A stretch of DNA of 64,000 nt, taken from an uncultured Planctomycetaceae bacterium (GTDB lineage Bacteria; Planctomycetota; Planctomycetia; Planctomycetales; Planctomycetaceae). The position numbers and the translations under genes are program-made. Location of the stretch: positions 288,001 to 352,000 of the forward strand of contig CAWFGE010000023.1 in assembly GCA_963815195.1 (NCBI GenBank). Reading direction: 5' to 3'. The notes under the pieces were generated by a model. It made no database searches and was not told where the DNA came from. It worked only from the letters and a program-made list of their open reading frames with translations. Below are positions 1-9,368 of this stretch, in pieces. Position 1 is the first letter of the stretch, and each line of letters begins with the position of its first letter.

Positions 1-373
1 CGGGTTGATCGGGCGGCTTGGCTTTGTCCTTCGCGGGAGCCGCGCCGCCGTTGCCAGAGGGCCGCGTGCCTTCGTATTGAAACCTCAGCCCCGTGTAACT
101 GCTCATCTTGATACGCGCGGTGTCGGGCAGCCAGACCCACTGCTCGGCGGGAATCACATTGCCATCCACCTCGACCGAATCCGCGCAGGGCGAATAAATC
201 GCGTACCGCCCGTTGCGGCTCATCAAGGTCGCCTGGTGCTCGGCGACTTGCAGGTCGGTCAAGGCAATCTCATTCTGCGCACCCCGGCCGATGTTGACCA
301 TTTCCTCGGCCAACTCGAACACCCGTCCCCGGTCGGGACCGGTCGTCACCGTCAAACGGGCGCGATCACCCAT
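1..373 (-). CDS. FHA-domain protein (3' end runs off the window)
   Basis: Hand translation from ATG at 373: MGDRARLTVTTGPDRGRVFELAEEMVNIGRGAQNEIALTDLQVAEHQA. This has an FHA-like IGR...D..V..H pattern. Not in the ORF track because there is no stop in the window. Confidence 0.7.
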   Translation of the reverse strand, partial: MGDRARLTVTTGPDRGRVFELAEEMVNIGRGAQNEIALTDLQVAEHQATLMSRNGRYAIYSPCADSVEVDGNVIPAEQWVWLPDTARIKMSSYTGLRFQYEGTRPSGNGGAAPAKDKAKPPDQP

Positions 374-652
374 TGCTTAGAAATCCCAATGACCAAGCAC
401 CAATGACCAATCGTTTTGGACCACTCGCAAAATCCAGTTTACTCAAACTGTAAGCAATGTGTTCTCTTTTCATGAGGCTTCTATCAAAATGAATCCCAGA
501 GGAGCAAAGGAAAGACGGGCGGAGCGTTTCGTTGACTCTCGGCTGCCAAACACTTTGTGGCCTTTGCTCCTTTGTGGCCTTTGCCCCTAAAAACAAACCT
601 ATATCCCGATAGTCTTTCAGAAAAAACAAACATCGGTTACCGTTTGAGCGGC

Positions 653-1615
653 TTATGACATAAGATCGGCATAAAGGAAGCTGAGGATAAACGGGCCCAG
701 GATGATGATGACGGTGGCCATCATCACCAGAATCGCGGGGAGCAGCATCTTGACGCCGGCTTCGCCCGCGATCGTTTCGGCCCGCTGCGTGCGTTTGATG
801 CGGAGTACGTCGGCTTGCGTCCGAAACAGCACTGCCAGCGGCGTTCCTAGTTCTTCGCCTTGAATAATCGAACCCACGATGCTCGTGATCTCATCATCGC
901 TCAGCCGCCGACGAAGCCCTTCAAGGGCCTCGGTCCGGCTTTTGCCCATGCCCATCTCCGCGAGCACCCGGCCGAACTCGACGCCCACGGGCTGATCGCG
1001 AAACTCGTTGGTGGCCTCCTTGAGCGATTGCAAAAACGTCGAGCCGGCTTCCATCAACAGCGTCAACAGATCCAACAGGAATGGCAACCGTTTTTTGATC
1101 AGGAACAACCGATGCGCCGCCTGGGCCGCGAGCCGGCGGCGGAGCCAATACACCGTCAGCCCGGTGAGCACGACCGCCAGGATGATCCCCGGCTCGCCGA
1201 ACCAGGACAAGCAGAGGGAAAAATACAGGGGCGACATCAACAGGGCGATCAACTCCAACCGGGCGAGGTATTCCGCGGGCGTCCACAGCCGGGAAAAGCC
1301 CGCCGCCTGCACTTGCCGGCCGACTTCGGGAAGGGAGTCGGCAAACACGCCGCGATTGAAAACGGCGAGAACCTGGATCAGCGGTTGGAACAACCGGTAG
1401 AGCAGGCTCAGCCGGCGGAGTTCGTTGATGCGGGTGACATCATACCGCCATTGGTCGGTTTGGGCGGCGTCTTCCGAAGTCAGCCCTGCCCCAATCAGCC
1501 GGACGAGAATCCACACCGCCCCGCCGACGGCCAGGCTTCCGAGGCCCGATAGAACCAACTCGCTCGCGGTGCTCGCCAGGATAAGGCTGTTGTGGTCTAG
1601 AAGATCAAGCTTCAT
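653..1615 (-). CDS. TadC-like type II secretion system F family membrane protein
   Basis: LPFLLDLLTLLMEAG, GKSRTEAL, IIQGEELGTPLA and RAETIAGEAGVKM are typical of TadC/T2SSF. Start chosen at MKLDLL. Confidence 0.85.
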   Translation of the reverse strand: MKLDLLDHNSLILASTASELVLSGLGSLAVGGAVWILVRLIGAGLTSEDAAQTDQWRYDVTRINELRRLSLLYRLFQPLIQVLAVFNRGVFADSLPEVGRQVQAAGFSRLWTPAEYLARLELIALLMSPLYFSLCLSWFGEPGIILAVVLTGLTVYWLRRRLAAQAAHRLFLIKKRLPFLLDLLTLLMEAGSTFLQSLKEATNEFRDQPVGVEFGRVLAEMGMGKSRTEALEGLRRRLSDDEITSIVGSIIQGEELGTPLAVLFRTQADVLRIKRTQRAETIAGEAGVKMLLPAILVMMATVIIILGPFILSFLYADLMS

Positions 1616-1739
1616 GGTCGTCAACAAATGGATGAAAGGCCCGCTTTCGGCGGGGCGCGTGTAAAACGCGGATACTTCAAGATAAACTGCAAGCCGGTGA
1701 ACTTCCAACCCCCAATTCGGAAAACAAGACTTCGGAATC

Positions 1740-2426
1740 ATGCTGATTTTGGGAATCGAAACTTCGGGATCGGAAGGCGGCGTCGCCCTCATGGACGATG
1801 GCCGGCTTCTGGCCGAACGCCTGTTGACCGCACCGGGACGCAAACACGCCCAAATGCTGACAGCGGAAACGGCTCTGCTTTTCCGGCACACGGGGCGAAC
1901 TCCGGCGGACTGCAGCGGAGTCGCCGTGAGCATCGGTCCAGGAAGTTTCACGGGACTCCGGATCGGCGTCGTGGCCGCGAAGACCTTCGCCTACGCGGTC
2001 GGCTGCCGGATCGCCGCGGTGGACACGCTCCAGGCGATTGCCGAGGAATGCCCGCGGGACGGGCCAAGGCTGTGGGTCATTTCCGACGCCCAGCGCGGGG
2101 ATCTCTATGTCGGAGAATTTCACCAACCGTCCGGCACGTGGAGGCGAGACTGCCCGATTGCGATTCAGCCTGCGCGATCATGGTGCAGTTCCCGCACAGT
2201 CGACGACGTGGTGACCGGTCCGGGAACGGCGCGTTGGCAAGACGAATTGGCAGGCCGCTGCCAGGTGCTGCCGGAGCATTTCGCCCCCCGGGCCGCCACG
2301 ATTTGCCGGCTCGGTCAAAGGCAAATCGAAGCGGGCGGCGATGCGGATGCGTGGGCGATCGAACCTTATTACATCCGCAAAAGCTCCGCCGAAGAACAAT
2401 GGGAACGCCGACACGGAACGAGGTGA
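1740..2426 (+). CDS. tsaB: tRNA threonylcarbamoyladenosine biosynthesis protein TsaB
   Basis: ILGIETS N-terminus, GPGSFTGLRIG, DAQRGDLY and EPYYIR motifs. Confidence 0.95.
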   Translation: MLILGIETSGSEGGVALMDDGRLLAERLLTAPGRKHAQMLTAETALLFRHTGRTPADCSGVAVSIGPGSFTGLRIGVVAAKTFAYAVGCRIAAVDTLQAIAEECPRDGPRLWVISDAQRGDLYVGEFHQPSGTWRRDCPIAIQPARSWCSSRTVDDVVTGPGTARWQDELAGRCQVLPEHFAPRAATICRLGQRQIEAGGDADAWAIEPYYIRKSSAEEQWERRHGTR

Positions 2427-2467
2427 TCGGCCCGGCGAGTGGTCCGTCATCAGAAAGCCGTTCCATG

Positions 2468-2499
2468 AAAAAAGCTCCCTGCCTCGAAAGACAGGGAGC
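2468..2499 (-). terminator. Rho-independent terminator of the YTV gene
   Basis: On the minus strand, the hairpin GCTCCCTGTCT-TTCG-AGGCAGGGAGC is followed by T6, about 60 nt after the stop codon. Confidence 0.75.
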
Positions 2500-2561
2500 C
2501 TCGACGGTTCATCGCGCCGCATGAGCGCACGAGTGAGCCGCACAGGATTGCGCAGGTTCGA

Positions 2562-3890
2562 TTACTGGCAGCAGGTCGTCACGGGAACTTTGCAGGTGAT
2601 GGTTTTGGGAACCATCCGGCAAACTTGCACCTGGACTTCTTTTTCCACCGTATGGGGGACGCAAACTTTGTAGGTTTCCGTCTTTTCTTCCATCACGGTT
2701 TCATAGTGGCAGACTTCGTAGGTGCGTTCCTTTTCCACCGCAACCATTTCGCAGTATTCGACTGTCCTCTTTTGCTTCTGCGGAACCATCACGCAGTATT
2801 CGACCATCTTCTTTTGTTTCTGCGGGACCATCACGCAGTATTCGACCATCTTCTTTTTCGTGACGGGGACTTGCACGCAGTATTCGACGGTGCGGACTTT
2901 TTCTTCCTTTTCCCACGTGCAGACCTTCACCTTGCGAACCTGCATTTCCGGCTTGCAAACGGTCACTTCGTATTCGTAGGGCTGTTCTTCGCGAACACAC
3001 TTGCAAACTTTGACTTTCTCCACGTGCTCTTCTTGCTGGTAGGTCATCACCTGGTATTCGTACTCTTCGGGAACGCAGACCATTTTGTTGACCGTGCAAG
3101 GAACCTGCTTCTCGACGATGTTCGGCACCCAGGCTTTATAGGCGCAGGTCGTCGTGTAGGGAACCGGGCAGCCGGTGCAGGGATCGATGCGGCAGCAATT
3201 GACGGTGTGGGTGCGATCTTCCCAGTGGCCCTGGTCTTCGCACACGGTTGTCATCACCGTTTCCTGGACGCATTTTTGCACCATCCGCTGGCCCTTCTTG
3301 GTTTCGCAGACCGGAACGCAAACCATGTGCTTAACTTCTTGCTCTTCCCAAACCGGTTTCATCACGCACCGCGTTCCTTGGCGCTTTTCGGTGTGGGGCA
3401 CCATCACGCAATATTGTTCTTCTTTTTCAACCCACACCGGCTTGCAAACCGTGTAGTGCTCTTCTTTCGAGCGCATTTGGGTTTCGCAGACGGTGTACTC
3501 GACTTCCTTCTGCTGTTTCTGAGGAACGCAAACGGTGTATTCGACTTCCTTCTGCTGTTTCTGAGGAACACAGACGGTGTATTCGACTTCCTTGGTGCGT
3601 TTCTGGGGAACGCAGACGGTGTACTTTTCGGTCTTCATTTCCTTGACCGGAACCTGCCGGCAGACGTTGTATTTCCGCTCGCGGGTTTCTTCCGTGTATT
3701 CGGTGCAGCAGACCTTTCGGGTTTCGGTGACCCATTCCGGTACCATGACCGTTTGGGTGCATTCTTGATACGTCGTCGTGCAACACGTGGCCGGAGCGCA
3801 GCCTGTGGCACAATTGCCGCAATGATCCGCTCGAGCCCCGGACGCGATCAAGGCCAACGGGAATAGAAATAATAGGCAACGTTTGAACAT
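2562..3890 (-). CDS. Secreted Cys/Val/Thr-rich YTV-repeat protein (planctomycete envelope type)
   Basis: Signal peptide; 14-aa repeats EVEYTVCVPQKQQK and MVEYCVMVPQKQKK; central DQGHW...WVPN segment. Confidence 0.85.
   Translation of the reverse strand: MFKRCLLFLFPLALIASGARADHCGNCATGCAPATCCTTTYQECTQTVMVPEWVTETRKVCCTEYTEETRERKYNVCRQVPVKEMKTEKYTVCVPQKRTKEVEYTVCVPQKQQKEVEYTVCVPQKQQKEVEYTVCETQMRSKEEHYTVCKPVWVEKEEQYCVMVPHTEKRQGTRCVMKPVWEEQEVKHMVCVPVCETKKGQRMVQKCVQETVMTTVCEDQGHWEDRTHTVNCCRIDPCTGCPVPYTTTCAYKAWVPNIVEKQVPCTVNKMVCVPEEYEYQVMTYQQEEHVEKVKVCKCVREEQPYEYEVTVCKPEMQVRKVKVCTWEKEEKVRTVEYCVQVPVTKKKMVEYCVMVPQKQKKMVEYCVMVPQKQKRTVEYCEMVAVEKERTYEVCHYETVMEEKTETYKVCVPHTVEKEVQVQVCRMVPKTITCKVPVTTCCQ
2750..2888. 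repeat. 42-bp tandem coding repeat (C-terminal arm of the YTV gene)
   Basis: CGCAGTATTCGAC starts at 2750, 2792, 2834 and 2876. Confidence 0.9.
3487..3623. repeat. 42-bp tandem coding repeat (N-terminal arm of the YTV gene)
   Basis: CA(G/A)ACGGTGTA starts at 3487, 3529, 3571 and 3613. Confidence 0.9.
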
Positions 3891-4443
3891 TGGAAAACTC
3901 TTCCTCTACTCAAGGTGATGATTCATGGAGCGGGAAACCTTCTGTTTCCGTCCCCCCCGAAAACGATAAACGCTTTCTTACCTGTGCGAACTTTCCCAGC
4001 ACTGTCAATGTGGTGTGATAACCGTGACCTCCTTTCCGTGGCGGCGAGGGAGTGAAAAAAGGACTGCCTGCACGCCCGTTTGAGGGGCTTTGCAAACATC
4101 AGTCCGTTCGATGAGAAACAATTCGGCGAATAGGCAAAATGGATGACCTGAATGAACAGGTCGAACTGAGGGCTTTGATCTGAATATAACGGGGCCTTTC
4201 GAGTGAACGCAATTACTTTCCAACGAAAATCGACAAATTCTTCTCAAGTTTTCCAAACCACCCAAACATCCAGTGTCCGCAATGCCTCCAGAATTAACAC
4301 GCGCAAAGAGATACGCGGAATCCTGACCGCCGGATGGGCGTTTTTAGGACGGCCAAAAATCGGCATGGTTGAGAGCAACCAAACGCACCGCACCCGGGAA
4401 AATCGCGGCGGAATCGCGGCCAAAAAAGCAATGGTGGCCGCTG

Positions 4444-4692
4444 TCAAAGCAAGCCGGAGAGCGCCAAAATCGTCGCCACGATCCCCAATAATCCGAGGAT
4501 CAAAAACCAAGACGGCTTTCCCGTCAGCGGATGAGCGGCGTCCTCAAGGAAATACCCGCAGCGCGGGCACATCTCCGCCTCTTCATAAACGGGATAACCG
4601 CACTCCGGGCATCTGACGGTGTTCGATTCCCAGTCGGCATCGAAATCGCCGGCCTCGTCGAACTCCGGATCCATCTCCCAATCGTCGGACAT
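4444..4692 (-). CDS. Small zinc-ribbon protein with C-terminal membrane anchor
   Basis: Acidic N-terminus, CPECG...CPRCG, hydrophobic C-terminal helix. Confidence 0.75.
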   Translation of the reverse strand: MSDDWEMDPEFDEAGDFDADWESNTVRCPECGYPVYEEAEMCPRCGYFLEDAAHPLTGKPSWFLILGLLGIVATILALSGLL

Positions 4693-4738
4693 CGAGCAAA
4701 CCCCGTTTCACGCCTGTGCCATTGAGCGGCCCCCGGGT

Positions 4739-5908
4739 TCATTCTCCCAATCGCTTGTGGATGCGGTCAAGCAGAAACCGCACCCGTTCCTGGGAGGACA
4801 TCCGCGAGAGCGCGGGCGGATCGGATTGTCGAGAGGATTCCCCGCGGCCGGTTTTTTTGAAGCGAAAAGTCCCAGGCGAACCCGCGTAACTTTGGACGCT
4901 GGTTTGCAGCCTGAGATCTTCTTCCAGCGCACGCCGGGGAGGAATCTTCAACTTTTCCAGCACGGCATGATAAGCCCGCACCGCTTCGGGCGGCTCGATG
5001 ATGCCGTCGGCGATGTGCCTGAGGAATTCAATAAACGCCAACTGGCACTCGGCCTGGTTGATCTTCCTCCCGAACAGCGCGGCCCGGGCCCCGTGCTTTT
5101 GCGCCTCATGAAGCAACTGGAACGCATCGTGCGTCGTGCCCGCGGCTCCGCCCAAGACACCCACGATCAAATGCGGATCGTAGCGCACCAAGGCTTCCAT
5201 CGCCTGCGGTCCCTGGTAAGCGATTTTTAAAAAAATCGGCCGCCCGCGTTTGCCGACGCCCGCCAGCGTTCTGGCGATCACGTCGTTGATGAAATCCGGC
5301 CGCTGGTTTTCAGGAATCGCCTCGGGACGGTTCGGGTTAAAGACTTCCAGAAAATGCCGAAAGCCCTTGCGCTCGGCTTCCTCCCGAAAGGCGCTATAGG
5401 CGTCAAGCGTTTCGAGGTCCAACTCGCAATCGTTATTGAACGTGACGGAATAAAGCCCGAGATCGACGCCGAGCCCGCGTTCGTCGGGAGCACAATCCAG
5501 ATGCCCGCATTGGGCATGATCCAAAGCCAGCGTGCGAAACGGCCGCGCGGGAGCCTGGGGAATCCGGCTGCCTCGCATGGCGTGCACGTCGGTCGCATCG
5601 TTCGCGCGAACGGCCGGCGTGACGGGGGAATCGTCGAACAACCGCTCTTCCAGCGTCAAGACTTCGCTGGTGCTCGCGGACATGAGCACAATATCGACGA
5701 TTCCTTGCCGGACCACATCGCGGATTTGCTGCCGATACTCCGCCAGCGTTTTGAACCGCACCTCCCCATCGTGCCGTTCCAGCGACTGCCCGGGCGCGCC
5801 GATCCCGAACGCCATGTCGGCATCTTTGGCGTCCGCAATGATAAACTCCCGCGATCCGGACGGATCCCGATGAATCTCACGCAGTTTCTGATCCAGCGAC
5901 TTTTCCAT
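4739..5908 (-). CDS. Uncharacterised class I aldolase-like TIM-barrel protein
   Basis: FLKIAY, VGVLGG and ALFGRKINQ resemble DhnA/LsrF-type barrel motifs. Start MEKSLD lies 17 nt after the dehydrogenase stop. Confidence 0.55.
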   Translation of the reverse strand: MEKSLDQKLREIHRDPSGSREFIIADAKDADMAFGIGAPGQSLERHDGEVRFKTLAEYRQQIRDVVRQGIVDIVLMSASTSEVLTLEERLFDDSPVTPAVRANDATDVHAMRGSRIPQAPARPFRTLALDHAQCGHLDCAPDERGLGVDLGLYSVTFNNDCELDLETLDAYSAFREEAERKGFRHFLEVFNPNRPEAIPENQRPDFINDVIARTLAGVGKRGRPIFLKIAYQGPQAMEALVRYDPHLIVGVLGGAAGTTHDAFQLLHEAQKHGARAALFGRKINQAECQLAFIEFLRHIADGIIEPPEAVRAYHAVLEKLKIPPRRALEEDLRLQTSVQSYAGSPGTFRFKKTGRGESSRQSDPPALSRMSSQERVRFLLDRIHKRLGE

Positions 5909-5925
5909 ATCCGCCCACCGCCCTA

Positions 5926-6849
5926 CTACGCCAACACTTTGCCGATCGTTTCCCTGAGCACATTCGCCGAGTTGACGATCCCCATTCGCTCCTTCGGCCA
6001 GAGTTCGATTTCGTGCTGCACTAAGACGCCGCCGCGACCGACGACCGTCGGCACCGACAGACAAACATCACGGATGCCGTAAGCTCCCGTTTGCAGCGAC
6101 GACACAGGCAGAATTCGCCGCTGATCGAGCGCGATGCTATGCACGACATGCGCGATCGCCACGCCGACGGCAAAGCCGGCTCCGCCTTTTTTCTTGATGA
6201 CCTCGGCTCCGCTGCCGCGGGTTCGCTTTTCCACGTCGGCGATGACGGACGGATTGACGCCCGGAAAACGCTCCAAGGGCAAACCCGCGATCTGGGCCGC
6301 CGACCATATCGCCACCATACTGTCGCCGTGCTCGCCGAGCATCATCGCGGAAACCTGCGTGGGCGGCACCCGAAGCTGCCGGGCCAACATGCCCTGGAGC
6401 CGGGTCGTGTCGAGCATCGTTCCCAGGCCGATGACTTTTTCCGCGGGCAAAGGCAACTCGCGGACGGCGAGATACGTCAAAACATCGACCGGATTGGACA
6501 CCACAAACACGATCGCATCCTGCTTGGTCCCGTGCTCCTTGACTTGAGCGAGGATTTTCCGAAACAGATCCACGTTGCGGTTAATTAAGTCGAGCCGGCT
6601 TTCATCGGGTTTCCTGCGAAGCCCGGCGGTGATGATAATCACATCGCTCGCAGCAATCGCAGCCGCGTCGGTGCCGATAGTTTGATCGGCTACCAGCGAA
6701 CTCCCGTGGATCAAGTCGAGGGCCTGGCCTTCGGCGAGTTCCTGGTTGACATCCACCAAAGAAATCTCGCGGACGATCCCGCCGGCCTGGAGTGCAAACC
6801 CCGCACAAGACCCCACCAACCCGCCGCCGCCGATAATGCTGACTTTCAT
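5926..6849 (-). CDS. Lactate/malate dehydrogenase family protein of the microcompartment locus
   Basis: GGGGLVG, TAGLRRKPDESRLDL, VSNPVD, GTMLDTTR and GEHGDS motifs. Confidence 0.93.
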   Translation of the reverse strand: MKVSIIGGGGLVGSCAGFALQAGGIVREISLVDVNQELAEGQALDLIHGSSLVADQTIGTDAAAIAASDVIIITAGLRRKPDESRLDLINRNVDLFRKILAQVKEHGTKQDAIVFVVSNPVDVLTYLAVRELPLPAEKVIGLGTMLDTTRLQGMLARQLRVPPTQVSAMMLGEHGDSMVAIWSAAQIAGLPLERFPGVNPSVIADVEKRTRGSGAEVIKKKGGAGFAVGVAIAHVVHSIALDQRRILPVSSLQTGAYGIRDVCLSVPTVVGRGGVLVQHEIELWPKERMGIVNSANVLRETIGKVLA

Positions 6850-6940
6850 AATCTTCTATCACTCGCTAGGAATGCCAAAAGGTATCTATAACTCTTCCTT
6901 GACGAACCGATTTCTGAATAGCTAGTCCAGGAAAGAAAAA

Positions 6941-7088
6941 ATCAGCCGCCGGCGCAAGCCCCGGTTTCTTCCTTGACAAATTGATTTCCGACTCATTAGT
7001 GCATTCAAAATCTCAGGAAAACATTAGCCGCCGGGCGCTAGCCAAGGTTCTCGCCGAACGAACCGGACGCGAGCGCGTTCCGGCTGAT
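6941..7088. repeat. REP-like palindrome cluster, family A
   Basis: Degenerate copies of ATTAGCCGCAGGGCGCTAGCCCCGGTT at 6941-6966 and 7023-7049, and an inverted copy at 7061-7088. Confidence 0.7.
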
Positions 7089-7113
7089 CCAACCTTTCAA
7101 TATTAACAATGCA

Positions 7114-7992
7114 CTAGGAGGCATTGAGGGCTTTCATCACCTGGTCGGTGATGGCGTGTACTAGATCGTCGGTCGAAGCGTCCGTTTGAGTTTTCGCCGC
7201 GGTTTGCAAATAGCCCGGATATTTCGGGGCCGGATTAAACGCCCGCTGCGACGGCTGGCGTTCTTTATAGCCGTCGCGGAACGCACTATTGCCGCACAAA
7301 TCGCAGTCTTCGACGTGAAACCGCGGATCATCAAAACCGAGCTTTTGCTTGAGCTTGAGCAGGTCGGCGGATTCTTCGTGCTCCAGATATTGAATCGGCC
7401 CAAGCTGTTTGGCCAACAACAAGATTCGGCAATAGGCATCCAAGATTTCCGTTTTCCAGTAGGCTTCTTCGAGCGTCTTCCCAAAGGTCACTGTGCCGTG
7501 ATTGGTCAGGATCAATGTGTTCGTCGCTTTCAAGAACGGCAAGACGGTGTCCGCGAAGCGTTGATCCCCCGGCGTCGCATACGGAGCCAGCGGAACCTCG
7601 CCCATAAACACCTCGACCTCCGGCAGGACGCACTGCGGAATCGGTTCGCGGGCCACCGCAAAGGCTGTCGCATGGGGCGGATGACAATGCACCACCGCTT
7701 TCACGTCCGGACGATGCTTCATAATCGTCAGGTGCAATAGGATCTCGCTCGTCCGCTTCCGCGTGCCTGCGATCTGATTCCCGTCCAGATCCACAGCACA
7801 GATATCCTCCGGGGTCATAAACCCTTTGCAAATCATCGTCGGAGAACACAGCACCTCGTTCTCGCCGACGCGGATCGAAATGTTCCCGTCATTGGCCGCT
7901 GCGAAGCCTTTGTTATAGACCCGCCGGCCGATTTCACAGATCTGCTCTTTCAGGTTGCGGTCGTGAATGCCGCTGTTCCATTGATGGCTCAT
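7114..7992 (-). CDS. Class II aldolase (fuculose/rhamnulose-phosphate aldolase-like) with C-terminal encapsulation peptide
   Basis: DGNISIR, TSEILLH, VVHCHPPHATAFA and NHG Zn-binding motifs; C-terminal helix TDDLVHAITDQVMKAL. Confidence 0.93.
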   Translation of the reverse strand: MSHQWNSGIHDRNLKEQICEIGRRVYNKGFAAANDGNISIRVGENEVLCSPTMICKGFMTPEDICAVDLDGNQIAGTRKRTSEILLHLTIMKHRPDVKAVVHCHPPHATAFAVAREPIPQCVLPEVEVFMGEVPLAPYATPGDQRFADTVLPFLKATNTLILTNHGTVTFGKTLEEAYWKTEILDAYCRILLLAKQLGPIQYLEHEESADLLKLKQKLGFDDPRFHVEDCDLCGNSAFRDGYKERQPSQRAFNPAPKYPGYLQTAAKTQTDASTDDLVHAITDQVMKALNAS

Positions 7993-8056
7993 AACGTTCC
8001 TCGTTTCAACGTAATACAATGATGGATCTAGGTTTCAATACAAAACAGTCATGGAT

Positions 8057-8341
8057 CTAGTTGTCGAGTTCGATGCGATCGAGGATCGCGGCGTTATAGG
8101 CGTCGATAGGTTTTGTCTCGGGATAAAACGGAGCCGCGGCTTCCGCGCCGTCGCTGATCGCGATTTGAACACCCTCTCTAGCCCCCAGTTCGTCGTAAAC
8201 AACAAACGGCTCGCCACGATGCGACAAACCTCCTCCATCGCTGCCCGGCGACAAGGGCACTGTCAGCACCCACTTCGCCCCCGAAAGCAAAGGATGTTTG
8301 CTGGAGAGCGTGACTTTCCCGATAACTTCGCCGATTTTCAT
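8057..8341 (-). CDS. BMC-P vertex protein (EutN/CcmL family)
   Basis: MKIGEVIGKV, YDELGA and PIDAYNAAILD. Confidence 0.88.
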   Translation of the reverse strand: MKIGEVIGKVTLSSKHPLLSGAKWVLTVPLSPGSDGGGLSHRGEPFVVYDELGAREGVQIAISDGAEAAAPFYPETKPIDAYNAAILDRIELDN

Positions 8342-8350
8342 TGCCCCGGT

Positions 8351-9078
8351 TTAACTCCAATCAGGTTCTGAAATCTGTCCCGCCGTTTTGGCACTTGCTC
8401 GCAGGATTTCCCGGAGCCCAATAAATGTGGCATCCTCAAGATCGACGCACAGCACGTTTGCCCCGATTTCCTCACGGGCCTTATATATGTCATGCTTGTG
8501 CTTCACAACAGCCGACCGGCATTGGGGATTTCGATTCACCAAACAATTCACCCGCTGGCTCAGGCGGGCAAAAACAATCACCTGCACCGCCTCGCCCCGG
8601 CAGATCATGCTCCGAGCCCGTGCGACCACCGATGCCACGCCGCTTTCCATTTCAATCGACCACAGCGACGCAAAATTCCGCCGCACATCCCGTAAGAGCG
8701 ACTGCACAACTTCCGGAAAATGTGCCGCAATGATCTTGCCGGGAGCCAAAACTCCCTGCGTAAGGTGACCATCCTGCTTGCTGTTACGAATGACGGATAT
8801 GTTGTGAGAGCGAATATAGTCCCTGGCCGCGGGCGTTAAGATCGCGTTTATAGCGACCTTGATATTAGAGCATCGCGGGCCGATCTGTTTAACGGCTTCT
8901 TCTGTGACCACGGCATCATAAAGTTCGATAGAATCGCCATTGAGGCTTCCGTTTTGAGATGCTGCGCCGAAGCTTTCGCCGGGCGTTGATCTCGCGCGGA
9001 CGTTACCCGTTGCCGAAGTTTTCCCAACACCTCGGCGACGATTTGATCGATCAACTCCGAATCGACGTTCCCGGTCAA
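8351..9078 (-). CDS. Microcompartment-associated protein with N-terminal encapsulation peptide and RpiB-like C-terminus (frameshift near 8960-8990)
   Basis: ORF 8848-9078 gives DSELIDQIVAEVLGKL. ORF 8351-8911 gives ILTPAARD and NRNPQCRSA...GANVLC. One frameshift joins the two frames. Confidence 0.7.
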
Positions 9079-9081
9079 CGT

Positions 9082-9342
9082 TTAATCCGATCTATCCATA
9101 ATTCCAATAATCGCCCAGCGAACGGGCGTGTCGTTCGTCCCAATCATGTCCCGCACGGAAGACCCGTCGCTTGTGATCATCACCACGTCGCCTTTTCCGC
9201 CGCCGAGGGCATCGATGGCAATCAAGGGCTCTCCGTCGGCTCCGTCGGTACCTAGCGGCTGCACGACGAGCATCCGCCACCCGGCGAGCGAGGGGTGTTT
9301 AATCGTCGACGTCGTGCGGCCGATGATTTTCGCGAGTTGCAT
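9082..9342 (-). CDS. BMC-P vertex protein (EutN/CcmL family)
   Basis: STIKHPSLAG, IAIDALGGGKGDVV and PVRWAIIGIMD. Confidence 0.92.
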   Translation of the reverse strand: MQLAKIIGRTTSTIKHPSLAGWRMLVVQPLGTDGADGEPLIAIDALGGGKGDVVMITSDGSSVRDMIGTNDTPVRWAIIGIMDRSD

Positions 9343-9368
9343 ATCGTGCCTGGACTATAAGTTGGCGA

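Noticed and set aside
2750..3623. 42-bp periodic repeats as a CRISPR array
   Set aside because: They are in-frame coding repeats without unique spacers, and no cas genes are present.
3891..4443. Riboswitch or ncRNA in long intergenic regions (also 51018-51291 and 55123-55545)
   Set aside because: I found no recognisable c-di-GMP or other riboswitch consensus and no convincing long stems by eye. An Rfam scan would be needed.
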